A stretch of 64,000 nucleotides of DNA from Haliotis cracherodii (lineage: Eukaryota). The translations under genes and the position numbers were made by a program. This document shows, piece by piece, positions 12,706-25,869 of this stretch; position 1 is the stretch's first letter; each line of letters opens with the position of its first letter. Below the pieces are notes generated by a model that saw only the letters and a program-made list of their open reading frames with translations, was not told the origin of the DNA and did not search any database. Location: contig NW_027266277.1 of assembly GCF_022045235.1 (NCBI RefSeq), positions 14,632,001-14,696,000 on the forward strand, in the 5' to 3' direction.

Positions 12706-13853
12706 TTTATTTAATATCTCAGACAGTTATATGACAACGTTCCTGGTGCATCTTTTATTTCTTTACTCTTTATTTTGTCACATATTTAAAAACGCCCGAA
12801 ACATACCTCATATTGTCAAAATTAGGAGACAAACATACTTAGTCTACTTTCAGTTTAGATCTCGACTACCCGTAAATTTAACAGCTAAAATTAAAATTTG
12901 GAACCGAACTCGTAGCAATGATGCAACTCGAGGGTTATCCATATTCATGATAGAATTCACTGGTATATATGTTTATGTCTAACTAGACAAAGCACACAGA
13001 TGGAACATGCGGTCCCTTTCTACTTGTTACAAGCGCACAGTGTTTACATTGAACAGGAAAATGCAGCGGGTACTAAGTATACATTTGTAAGTTTAACAGG
13101 TGATCGGATATACTAAGTGTACAGGTAATACAAACCGACTATCAAATATATAAATTGAGGATGGTTTGCATCCATTTGGCCATGGTAACAAAATGTATCC
13201 GCGCGTGTTGTGTTTATAGAACGCATCCTGGGGTTTTTTTTTACGAAAAGAAATGCTGCTGTCATTATTCAATTATTGTCGATATGATCATAACTGCCCA
13301 TCAGTTGGTTCTACGTTATGTTATCCAATATGAAAAAATAATTTAATGACTAGATGTCATTTCAAACATTTTAGGTCGTAGTGGTAAAATGATCTTGAAT
13401 AATGACAAACTGAAGAATATTGTACCTGTCAAGCGAATGAATACTTACATGCACTTCAAAATGAACACAAAGGGTCAACACTTAGAATCCATGTTTTAAC
13501 AAACGCCTAAGGCATAAAATAACCAGTCTCGATTATCCGCCAAAACGGATTCCATTAAGAGTAAAAGGCAAAATAGAGGTGAAAATTGTATGAATGGATC
13601 ACTGAAAATCAGCGTAACAGAGTAAGCATGACCCACGAGGACATTTAGCATGATAACACTGTTAATCCATTCGGGAAATTCCATCCCTGTACATTATGGA
13701 GAGGAATTTAAAAATAATCAATGCTATTATATTACTCGGTTGTTTTAAGATTCTGAAGTTATTGCTAAATTATATCCTTATTGATATATTATTTCTTAAA
13801 CGTCACTGTATGTACGTTTTGGAAATAGTTTGTATACTTCTGTTTATTAACTA

Positions 13854-14017
13854 CAGTAAACTACGTTTATAACGAACACGCTTAGACCGAACTGACGGAT
13901 GTAACGAACTGTTTTGGGGTCCCGTCCATTTGCTGTGTATAGGCTGTATGTGTGCCTATAATGAACTACGGTTAAAATTAGTAGCCCCTTTTAGCTCGTT
14001 ATAACCGTAGTTTACTG
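13854..14017. mobile_element. Tc1/mariner-type MITE
   Basis: TA-CAGTAAACTACG..CGTAGTTTACTG-TA. Confidence 0.85.
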
Positions 14018-14302
14018 TATTTGTTTATTAATTAGTAAACTGATACGCGTCCTTCCAGTGAAGATGTTCAAAAGATCAAACATTGAACATGTGTTTAAAT
14101 ACACAAAAGTAAAATGTCTGATGTTTAGGTATTGCATTACAACAAGGCTAACATCAATAACTGGACAGTGAAAGTCTCAGATGCCTGTGAAATTGTGCCA
14201 ACACACATTCCTGGCTGGCTGCAGGACGGGTTGCGGGGATTATGTTGTAAAACAAGTAGCCAGGCACACATGGGCTCTAACAGAAGGACCAACCGGTAAC
14301 CA

Positions 14303-15281
14303 GTGACGTCAAATTGATGTCCTTGATTGGCTTTGCATGTACTTCGGTTCTTGGTTACGTTTTTATTAAACTATTAACTGTTGACGTCAATTTGAGGTCC
14401 TTGATTGGTATTGCATATACTTCAGTTCTTGGTTACGTTTTTATTAAACTATTAAGTATTGACGTCAAATTGATGTCCTTGATTGGCTTTGTATGTACTT
14501 CGGTTCTTGGTTACGTTTTTATTAAACTATTAACTATTGATGTCAATTTGAGGTCCTTGATTGGTATTGCATATACTTCGGTTCTTGGTTCCGTTGTACA
14601 TTAAACTATTAACTATTGACGTCAAATTGATGTCCTTGATTGGCTTTGCATGTAATTCGGTTCTCGGTTCCGTTGTACATTAAACTATTAACTATTGACG
14701 TCAAATTGATGTCCTTGATTGGCTTTGCAAAAAATGCATGTACTTCGGTTCTTGGTTACGTTTTTATTAAACTATTAACTATTGACGTCAAATTGATGTC
14801 CTTGATTGGTATTGCATATACTTCGGTTCTTGGTTACGTTTTTATTAAACTATTAACTATTGACGTCAAATTGATGTCCTTGATTGGCTTTGCAAAAAAA
14901 GCATGTACTTCGGTTTTTGGTTCCGTTGTACATTAAACTATTAACTATTGACGTCAAATTGATGTCCTTGATTGACTTTGCATGTACTTCGATTCTTGGT
15001 TACGTTGTACATAAAACTATTAACTATTGACGTCAAATTGATGTCCTTGATTGGCTTTGCAAAAAATGCATGTACTTCGGTTCTTGGTTCCGTTGTACAT
15101 TAAACTATTAACTATTGACGTCAAATTGATGTCCTTGATTGACTTTGCATGTACTTCGATTCTTGGTTCCGTTGTACATTAAACTATTAACTATTGACGT
15201 CAAATTGATGTTATTGATTGGCTTTGCATGTACTTCGGTTCTTGGTTCTGTTGATCATTAAACTATTATCTTTGACGTCAG
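14303..15281. repeat. ~78-bp minisatellite, about 12 units, carrying TGACGTCA and ATTGG motifs
   Basis: Period of about 78-88 bp is directly visible. Confidence 0.97.
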
Positions 15282-15934
15282 AATTTAAGACATATGATTA
15301 CCTCTGCATTAATTGACTGCGCGCATTTCTATTGTTGGCCTAATTGTACACAAAATGTTTGCTTTCAGCAATTAAAATCCTTATTGGTATTGCATTTATA
15401 GAACGACGCTTATTTCTTTTGACAGCCATTTTGTAACGGAATCATTAACTAATTACGCTCTTCGTCAATATCGCTGCAAGTGGTTGTGCAGGGTTGTCTG
15501 CCTTAGTCGTGTAAGGATCCATAGATCGTAGGTTTAAAAATCTCACTCACACACACAAACATTTCATAAAACCATTTCACCTCACCTCACATTCATATCA
15601 CCTGGACCTTCACACAAAACATGTGATCGATCAAAACATGTTAATACGTCAAGGTGAATACGCGGGTTCGATTCCCAATTCCTATCTGCCCCGTCGTGAT
15701 AGAGCTGGAACATTGCTAAAAGCATCCGTTTTATATAACCATAATCACTCACTGATCTTGAGTTCTGGTTCCTGTAAACAATCGATTCCAAAATAACTGN
15801 NNNNNNNNNNNNNNNNNNNNNNNNNNNNNNNNNNNNNNNNNNNNNNNNNNNNNNNNNNNNNNNNNNNNNNNNNNNNNNNNNNNNNNNNNNNNNNNNNNNN
15901 NNNNNNNNNNNNNNNNNNNNNNNNNNNNNNNNNN

Positions 15935-16160
15935 AATGCTAGTTTTATAGTGCCAGATCACTGAGATACCTTGCCGCATTTTAACATTGATACCCCACAC
16001 TATACTGTCTCTGAGCCGACCAGTCCTTGGTTTATCCCTAAATGCCGAGCATCTGCGAGACAAGATAACAAATAACATAGTTAACATCGTTTGACATGAC
16101 GCGGTCAGGGGATCGAACCACCAACCTCCCGCTCCATCCACAACACCACGGAGGCGGTCA
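15935..16160 (-). mobile_element. Family-A SINE abutting an N gap
   Basis: ctgagatacc..gagccgaccagtccttgg..ccacggaggcggtc. Confidence 0.8.
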
Positions 16161-16636
16161 GCAACAAGTGCCTTCAGAAACAGGCTAATTAGAAACAACA
16201 ATCATTTTTTGTCTTGTGTTCGAGGAAAACGACTTCTTGTAAGTGATAGGTGTATCCTTGAGTCGTCGGTGTTAGAAATTAATTTGAAGCCATTGGTGTC
16301 TTCTAAAGGTCTTATGGAGGAAATCAGCTGTAGATATTTAAATGATTGGGATGACCGTCTTAATAAGTGAAGGTTGTTCTACAGCATTTGTTAAATACGG
16401 ACACTCCAATTTAAATGGAACAAATACACAAGCCATACTCTATACTCTTCATATACTAATTCAACCACTGTTTTCAATTCATACTTCGTACAATCAATAC
16501 AGTGTTTTGTACTCATAGCATATACTTATTCGACCAGTGCACTGTGTTTAATTTGATTTTGAAGTACAAAGTTTAAGGTAATTTACCTATTTTATCAGTA
16601 AAAAAGGGTTAATCCTTCTGTACTATTCGCTTTGAA

Positions 16637-16805
16637 TGAGTGAGTGAGTGAGTATGGTTTCACCCCGCTTTCAGCAATATTTCAGCAATATCCCGGCGGG
16701 GGAGACCAGAATTGGGCTTCACACATTGTACCCACGTCGGGTACAGAACCCGGGTCTTCTGCGTGACGAGCGAACGCTTTAACCACTAGGCTACCCGACC
16801 GCCCC
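16637..16805 (-). mobile_element. Family-B SINE
   Basis: Full length; TSD TATTCGCTTT at 16624-16633 and 16807-16816. Confidence 0.9.
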
Positions 16806-18459
16806 TTATTCGCTTTTACTACAACCATGTCTATTTTAACCCAGCTGAGATTATATATTCTAGTAGATGATAATGCGTAAAAAGTAATTGCTAAAAGGTA
16901 ATATATGCATGTCTTCAGCTGTATCTGTGAGGGGTAGGGAAGACCTAGCAACTTTCTAAGGCCAATACATTAGGTGAGGTGAAATGGGGTTTAACGTCGC
17001 GTCCAAAATTATTGCACTTATATAGCAACGTGCCAATACATTAAGCATTGTAAACACCACAATCGTTACATTTACTATGAATGACCAGTTAAACCAGGTT
17101 GTATGACTCAAAACAAGTGCCCGATCTGCCATAAGAACGTAAGAAGTGTCCAAATGAATTACACATTTTGGCAGAGATGTTCAACGTGTTGAATCTAAAT
17201 GACACCTCTGACGTCGCATGGCGGACACCAACCAGTTGCCAACTGTCAATCTTTCCACCAAGACAAAACGCTATAAAATCATTTACCGTCTTCGCAGTCA
17301 ACATCTAACTTCCTTACCAAAGCGTTAATTATACACCCAGCAAACACTCGAATGGATTTAATTTATTCATACTATCAACACCAGGTTTTGAGTTAAGGTA
17401 GATGGCTTATTCTAGCAGGCACCTGCTGCTTCTCGTGAGGCTTAATAGATAGGGAACGTGTCATGCTGGGGTTCAGAAGGTGGACTCTGGGGGTCGATAC
17501 TTGGACTGTGAGCCCTGGGCTCGATCCCCATATGATCATAGTCGCACCCCCGGGCTTCTAGTGCACTGGCAACGCCAAACAATCCTGACCCCTGTTGCTC
17601 TTTCAAGTTCAATGTCAACGTCTAGTGATCGCTATGCTCGGGTCAGCGAGGAAAGATATGCAGAGCAGGGTGCTCTTAGCCTTTGAGATGTGACTTATTG
17701 ACGTCTAAATCAATACGTGTGTTTAATTGTAAATACAATCCGTCGTATCTCCATTTTTCGCCGTTGTATTTAGTTAATCAGAGGGGGAGAATTTGGATTG
17801 TAGCAATTATATCCTTCTGGGTATTTCAGCAACGCAGGGCTACACTGACGCGACCGAATTCTGGGACGACTTTAAGAATCACTACAGAAACTGGCGACAT
17901 TTGAACAGAGAGATAGTGTCTTAGAGATATTTTACTTGCTTTTTATGCACATTTCAGTGTTTAGATCTGACACGTCTAAACGTTATAATGCACCAGTGTC
18001 TCTTAATAGTAATCACTCTACCTTTTTTAAGATCGTTCGTTAGGACTAAAATACACTTGAAGGACACATTCGCTTTGCAACAACCTCGGCTTCATTTTTG
18101 TGAGGGGTTCATTGTATCTATGGCATATTATTGAGGAGATTATTCAAACAGCCCCGAGAAGCTACAGATTTTATAAAAAGACGGCATCGGCATTTTTATT
18201 TGAATATATAAAATTCATAGCAAAAGCAGTTTTATCTGCACTGACCACCGTCAAGATCAATGATGGGGAGAAAGCATATGGAACGCTTGAATGTGTTTCC
18301 AATATAAATGTGGGATCAGGGTTATATTATTCAAGGCGGATGTAAAGCTATCAAACAGTTTGTGGTAGACATGTGAAGATATTAAAATTTGACGTTTAAG
18401 TGACAAAATCGATATCCAATGAAATTACCCATTTTGACATGTAACGTAAATGGATGTGT

Positions 18460-18650
18460 TTGTTCAGGTGAACACTTGACTTGCCTTTGCATGTGTTTGT
18501 GACGTATGGCATCGGTGGGGCAGAATACGCTCACCTTTCGCGAACACCTGGTATTATCACTATTTGATGGTGATTCATAAACACCAGCTTATGATATAAA
18601 CGTACGATGTATCTTTTTAATGTTTATGGAAAGGGTTTTGTCGCTATATT
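18460..18650. mobile_element. Family D copy (reverse)
   Basis: ttcaggtgaacacttgacttgcctttgcatgtgtttgtgacg..cgaacacctgg. Confidence 0.8.
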
Positions 18651-19139
18651 TCATGACAGAGATATGAACCGGAACTTCAGTGTTCTTCTATGCATCGTGT
18701 CGCTAGATTTCTGTCCGGAAACGTTTAGTAAAAAAATATGTTTAACGATTCGGCAATAGTTCTGAATGAATTCTCTTTGCACGAATATGGGATCTGGAGC
18801 CATGGGTCTTGATGCGACAAACGTGTTGTCTCCTATTTATCTGTCTCTTAAGTTAGAGAATGTAGAACGATTCATTTGAAACTTCTTTCAGTTTGTGTTA
18901 TAAACGGAAAACAAAGATATTTCAGTCTCTGAATGCGAGGTGATAATTCTTTCTGAGTTGTTATGTTATACAACCGATGATAAACATTGTCAGTTTCCAC
19001 CGAATGAACTTCTGTACGCTTGAAATAGCAAAAGATGTAATACTATATAGGTTCATAACATGCCACACTGTATTCATTGTATTGTGATTCTGGTCTGTAT
19101 TAAAGGGTATATAAAGGGTTATGTATGAGATAACGAAAT

Positions 19140-19790
19140 AAAAGCGACAAAACCCTTTCATTTTCATACGAATTCTCTGCTAAAAGCAGAGCCGATTGTA
19201 CGATTCCGACTATATCATGACCATGTGTATATGAATCGCTATCAAACAGTGATGATACCACATGTTCGTAAAAAGGTGAGCGTCATGATGGTTCAGTCTC
19301 TCATTGAAGTTAAACAAATACCGGTTGCATTTCTGTTCACCTGAACAATACCATGGTCATATTATTGAATACATAAGTTTACACCGAACGCAATTTCTTT
19401 CAAAATGGTGAATGAAAGAAATAACTTAAAAATGATTTGGAAAACTCACGTGTCCAAAGGCTAAGTTTTTGTGCTTAGACACAGTAACCAACATATTTCA
19501 AATGCACGACAATCCCTTACAACAAACCGAATAGGTATCGTTTTGATAAAATATCATGCAAGAGTCCATAAACGATTATCTATAGCTTGTCCTCACAAGG
19601 TGCTGTACGTGAGGAAAGACGTCATGGAAGTCGTCCTCACCTACACCGTCACTGCCACGTGACCGCAGGCAGAAAACAATAAATCTCCTAATCTTCCTTT
19701 CTTGGAAGGCGACAAAACAGGTTTTTGTTTTCAGAATAAATACTTTTATAAGTGTTACATCACGCATTGAGCTTAGTTGCACAAATAGCT
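19140..19790. mobile_element. Long family-D-containing element; inverted homologue at about 22770-23340
   Basis: D body plus a ~450-bp extension; tacaccgtcactgccacgtgaccgcag matches the reverse complement of 22893-22920. Confidence 0.8.
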
Positions 19791-19977
19791 ATCTTATCCT
19801 TTCATTGTATGTAGAGTATTATATAAAATAACCCCTTTTTCGAATAAGCATATTTTTATCAATATCATGAAGGGAGCGAGTTTAACCATTCAACTGACAC
19901 CTTCCGGTATTTTATACTCGTATATCGAACCCAAATGAATATAAAACGACAAATTAAAAAAGACTTCTACGCGATAT

Positions 19978-20240
19978 ATAGAGAATCTCACCCGAGTGTC
20001 TTTTGATATCAAATATATCAACACGAGTTGATAAAAGTGGTAAAATGCCGTGGATTTTTGCCACTTTTATCAACGAGTGTTGATATATTTGATATCAAAA
20101 GACACGAGGGTGAGATTTTATTTATCATCCAAAGCATTGTGATGTAATTTCACTGCAGCGATATCTACAGTGTAGATATCGCTTGATCTAATCCAAGCGA
20201 TATCTCCTGTGGGAGCCAGTTTTGGATGATAAATGACAAT
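19978..20240. mobile_element. Family G element with ~58-bp-arm terminal palindrome
   Basis: aatctcacc..ttgataaaagtgg, a 20-nt loop, then ccacttttatcaa..ggtgagatt. Confidence 0.8.
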
Positions 20241-20477
20241 GATGGCAGTACGTCGCAAGGCTCGTGAAGATATTCTGTCAACACGTGGGTCGACACACAC
20301 AGCAGAACCTTGCTTATCCAAACAGTATAAATAATGTATTTATTACAATCGTCAAAATTTGCGAGATATTCATATTCCATTTTAATTGTAATCCAAATAA
20401 AAATGAGAATCGTAATTATTTTACGGTGTGAGGAATATGGGGAAAGAACGCTAAGGTCACGCAGTTAGTTGATGCTA

Positions 20478-20960
20478 AGGTAGGTAGGGGTGAAATGGGT
20501 TTAAACGTCGCATTCGATTATATTTCTGTTCATATCGCTTCCAATATATCTGGATATTCTTGATATGTTTGTATGTTGACGTATTTTTGTGTGCGTGCAC
20601 GTGTTTGCGTGTGCGTGTGCGTGTGCGTGTGCGTGTGCGTGTGCGTGTGCATTTGCGTGTGCAAGTCCAGACTAATGCCCTTTATATAGTGATAGCCCAC
20701 TTAGATACCATACAGCAGTTAAACATGGATTTTCCACTCAGACAGGGAAGGGTAACAACAAGTACCATCTTTTAACGTCGTTTGGTATAACACAGTCGGG
20801 ATTCGAACCCCTGACCTTCCGCTCTCCGGACAGACCTGTATCCTCTGGACCACGGAGGTAGTCTTTGAACCTAAGGTGACGGGTTTGGTGCAAAGAAACC
20901 AAATGTCATAAACGAGATGGCTTTAATACTTCTTCAAAGGGGCACAGTGCTCTTGTATGG

Positions 20961-21026
<66 letters not shown>

Positions 21027-21222
21027 TCTGTGTGTCTGTGTGTGTGTGGACTAATGCCGTTTTTTGATAGTGCTAGCCCACTGAGATACCATAACATAAA
21101 TACCCTACTCAGACACAGTATATTGACTCCGCGCCGACCATTCCTTGTTTTATCCCCTTTATGCCGAGCGCCAGCCAGGGTAACACCAAGTACCTAGTAC
21201 TAAGTACCGCTCTCCGGGCAGA
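20478..21222 (-). mobile_element. Two diverged family-A SINEs with (GCGTGT)n and (GT)n microsatellites
   Basis: A core and head at 20670-20863 and 21045-21222; microsatellites at 20605-20650 and 20963-21048. Confidence 0.75.
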
Positions 21223-21538
21223 GGTTAGCTGAAGTTAGCTGAAGGACAACATACACTGTATTTCCGACGGTACTTCACAAAAGGAAGTTGCAACAATTCT
21301 TATTGCATGACTTCATGTATTGATAGTTTGCTGTCAGGATTCATGTGTGTGTTTGCAACAGTTTATCTACCGGACCACTTCGTTGGCTTTTCTAGGAAAT
21401 GCCCTACCTGGGATTTGCTGCAATAGAGACGTGTAGATTTCACCTATTTTCGTCATCTTTCATTACTTTCTGACAGGTGCCACCGGTGGAGCAGGATACG
21501 CTAACCTTTCCCCGAACAAATCTTTATTTGATGATGGA

Positions 21539-21820
21539 GTGAGTGAGTGAGTTGGGTTTAAACGCCGCTTTTAACACTATTCCAGTTATATCACGGCGTG
21601 TCAGCTTAATGTGGGAGGAAAGCCCGAAGTGATGCAGGTCTCAAGACGTTTACCACTTCGGTGAAACCCACGAGCACGGGTATGGTGTTGACAAACCTAG
21701 AAACACAATCGGGGCGGACCGGGATCAAAACCCACAATCATAGATTTCTGGCGTGCCCAAGGGACGTGACTCTGCACAGCGAATTGCGGCGCCTTAGACG
21801 ACTGGGCCACCCGTGCCCCC
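21539..21820 (-). mobile_element. Family-C SINE inserted in a D copy (21470-21925)
   Basis: TSD TTGATGATGGA at 21528-21538 and 21821-21831. Confidence 0.92.
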
Positions 21821-23337
21821 TTGATGATGGATGATTTCACATGCTCATTTTCTAGTCGGAATTGTACAATGGACTCTGCTTTTAGCAGATTTTTGTGTGA
21901 TCATGGACAGGGATTTGTTGGCATTCTTTTATCATAATGTTTGATAATTGTTCAAAATTGCAACCCTTACTTTGAACTAAAAACGAAAGCTTCTTTCCTG
22001 AAGTGTCTTGTCGCAATTGTACATTAATTGTAAAAAGGCATCCTTGTCACACCAGTGAAACACATGGACATAAGGGTGACATGCATAATCTAAATGCTTC
22101 TCATATCAAGATTCGTATGTTTTGTTGTAAAGATAGCTAAATAAATCCATCAATAATTGTTCAAACTGTCCCTGTAACCGCATTTGCTTTTAATTGTAAA
22201 TAATAAATATGGCATTTTGTATCGTTTTTCACCTAAGAGTATATTAGCTATTTCGATTATACAAACAATGCTCTTGTGTTTAATCGATTGATACCACCTG
22301 CCTGTGATATAAACACGCATTAACACCTCTCTAATAGGTCAATGAAATATTCTAAATATTCTTCTTCTATTTCCATCTGGATCATTTTGTTATTTTTTTA
22401 TTGCAATTTTGGCATGACTTTAGCTCAATATACCCTATAACGGGATCCCAGCCAGCCAGCGGTTTGAGGTATTCTTAGTATGCAATGTGTACTAGATACA
22501 ACTTAAAAGGAAAAAAATATCATAGCCCATTTTAAATTTTGAAATATTTTAGTTTTGACAGTTTAATGACAACTAGTCAAACCCTCGTTCATATGCATAT
22601 CATATGAATGTATTTTTGAAAGTGAAATCTCCTTGTCTGGAAAGAAACAGACATTGCAAATGGCCATCTGGAAGGTATTCACGAACAAAGCCATGATTTA
22701 ACACGTACTTGTGAAGTTGTATTCAAAGAAAATGTAATACTCTACATACAACGAATGAAGAGATGGCTATTTGTGCAACCAAGCTTAATACATGATTTAA
22801 AACTTTTAAATGTATTTATTTTGAAAACAAAAACCTCTTTCACGAATTGTAGCCTTCCAAGATAGGAAGATTAGGAGATTAATGGTTTCTGTCTGCGGTC
22901 ACGTGGCAGTGACGGTGTAGGCGAGGGCGACTCCGATGACGTCTTTCCTCACGTACAGCACATAGTGAGGACACGCTATGGAAAATCGTTTATTCTAATT
23001 AAACTCACTGCCTTCTTGATATTTATCAAAAAGATACTTATTCGAAAAACGGGTTTATTTTAAGGGTTTGTCGTGAACTTGAATGTGTTGGTTTCTGTAT
23101 CTAAACACAATAAATTAACCGTTGGACACGTGAGTTTTCCCAAGTAGTTTTTAGAGGCATTCATGCACCGTTTCGAAAGATACTGCATTTGTTGTAGACT
23201 AATATATTCAATTACATGACCATGGTATTGTGCGGGGAAAACAGAACTGCAACAGGTGTTTGTCTAACAAGAATGGCATGTGCTGCAAAGCACTGACGTT
23301 GACACTCATCTTTTCGCGAGCATCTGGTATCATCACG

Positions 23338-25115
23338 ATTTAATTTCAGTTGGTTTATTCAGTAGAAAAAGCCACAGGCCCACGTACAAAGATCATTGAA
23401 GACCTAATACAATGACAGATGGTAATACTACAACGACATTGTTCTTATAGCAAGTGATTCTCACCAATTGAGCACAGTGTATAAGTATAAACTTTTGTGT
23501 TTGTATTTGATTACATTCGGGTTATCTGAATCGTATCGTGGTAAGTATTTAGTTTAGTTTAAACATATTTTATTCTCATGAAAAGGATTGGAACAAGTTA
23601 TCACAACTTAGAACGCCCTCTCCCATAGATTTACACGTATGCTTATTTACAGTTAATAAATCAAATGACAGAAAGGAAAGGAAAGAGATAGAGAAAAGTA
23701 TGTACATAAGTATTTATTTCTTACAGAACTAACACACTGACAAGCTAGTAAGAAATGATATTCATCTTCGACAGATTGATGGGTTGAAAACTTGCATAAT
23801 CTGTTACACACCGTTCGATACCATATCCCCTACCTATATTTATCATCAATTCTAATTCGCAATTGTTAATATGCATAACATGCGTCTATATTTCACGGAA
23901 TGTGTTATAGACAGATAAATTGAACAGTTAACACAGACTTATATTCCTTATACATTAATAGCTTGTTTGATTTACAAATGTTATCGTGCCATTCCTGTTG
24001 ATTACAATCCCTTAATCTTTGACCTAACATGTTAAGAGATAACACATCATCCCCAACCTCCTGCGAAATCCAGACATGTCCAAATCCACATGTAAACAGT
24101 AAGTTTTTAACATGTGTTGCCCATGTCAGACGATTAACCTGATCAAGAGATTTCATGAAAAAAAAACATTGCTTGGGATATCTATTGCAGACATTGTCAA
24201 CAATTTCAACCAGGCACTGTACTTAATACATCTTTTATAATTTTCAACAAATAAAACCATATCTACCACACTCACCAAGTACCGTTACATTAGCTACATG
24301 ATTTTCAATACCAATTCCATATTTACAGAATTCAACTTGAAACCGTTCTAGACATTCTACTCTAGAACGTCTCCATATTTCAGCAATCACAGATAGTGAT
24401 ATATCAATATCTAAATATTCTTACATTAATGTCTCCAAACCTCCATTTTTCATTACTTCTGATTAATGTATAGTCCACCATTTTAAATACTAACGTATCT
24501 GATTGTTCAAGCTTACACCTAAAACATGAAACTGAACGTCTTTAAGGTATCAGTTTTTCTTTCAAACCAATAACTGATTGATTAAACAAACACAGGTCAT
24601 CAGCATACAACAGTAATACAATATCCATGAGCTCTTGACTGGTAAATATACCTCTTGCCGAGCAACATATTTTCCAATTCTACGATTAACATGGAAAATA
24701 TAAAATGGCTCAATGCACATCACTGTTTAACAACATTTAATATGTTAAAGTAATTAGAAATTGAACAATTAGAGATAGTAACACTTACCTTTTGAATGAA
24801 TGTTCTGCAACGTGTTTAAGAGTTTGCTACATATACCATTTTTAACATAACATACCACAGGAGTGTATTTACACAACAAATCTAACCGTGAGACTTTGAT
24901 AAATAGTTCTGAATCATACACTGTAAAACAAATATGTTGTCTGTAAAGCAACAAGCCCTAAAACCTGCCTGAACTTCGGGAATTGCATCATATACACCAC
25001 AGAACAAAGAAAGCTCTTATTTAGAATATAGGTAAATACATTTCCAATTGCATCACTCGACGAAACACTCCGTAATTATCAACATCGGTTTCAGTACCGT
25101 TTAATGAAGAGGAGC
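23338..25115 (-). mobile_element. Decayed non-LTR retrotransposon RT fragment, RTE-X-like
   Basis: Minus-strand remnants in order: DVDNY, IPEVQAGF, LLLYADDLCL (RT catalytic motif, ~24590-24620), VLGECGRY, WATHVKNLLFTCGFGHVW, RLCKF..VEDEYHFLLAC. AATAAA sits near the 3' end at ~23355. Many frameshifts and stops. The clade call is from motif recall. Confidence 0.85.
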
Positions 25116-25869
25116 AAGTTAACTCTTTCCCATTCTTCTGGGAAATAACCACTGTGCAGAAATGTACAGAGTATGAAGGATAGGAAAGGGGATAATTTTA
25201 GCAACACTTTATCATCTCATTCGAAACAAATCTAAAGTAGGATGTTTTGTTGTGTCAAATCTCGACACTCATCATCATGCATTCAGCATTTAGTGGTTCA
25301 TTTCGTCAGTGACATACAGGCAGCTTAATGCTACAAGCAGAAGCAAATGTGGCTATAGTTGTGGCAAATGTTTCTGCAGCCTTATGAAAGCGGTTATACA
25401 ACACGCCGAAGTGACCCACAAATTGTTTTTAGGGGGAATCCAGTTCCAATATTCCAGTGCCAGTTCGTGTCGTGCTGACTTGCCTCTTGTCATACTCAGC
25501 CCCATGCTTCCCTACGGGACCAGCAGCCAGAAACTCACATACATTAAGTACACAGTTACAACGAACGTCACGAAATGTTTGACAAATGTTAGCTCCAACT
25601 GAAATTGTGCTTCGTGTCGGCTGTTATTTATGACTTGGAGATACAAATCCCAGACTGAGAAGGCAAGGCTTTCCAGTAACCACCTCTATAAATCATTAAA
25701 ACGGTCCCTCATTTAAGATCCTGCAATTGTTATGTTCTACAAACATTTCTGTTTGTTAAACTGCTTTTCTTTCGAGAAGTAGAATGTATGTAACATTTTT
25801 TATTCATCTCAAACTGGTTTTGACAGGATATCCCGCTTGGGTGAAATCAAGCGATATCTTTCAAGAGTA

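Noticed and set aside
13673-13682. Perfect NF-kB-type site GGGAAATTCC (near match at about 32722)
   Set aside because: Isolated 10-mers matching a degenerate consensus are expected by chance in 64 kb.
14314-14936. Hydrophobic repeat ORFs in the 78-bp array
   Set aside because: Produced by a unit length divisible by 3; frames break between units.
21610-21690. Hammerhead-like fold antisense to C-SINE (CCGAAGTG..CACTTCGG, GAAACCC..GGGTA)
   Set aside because: No CUGANGA core or stem I upstream.
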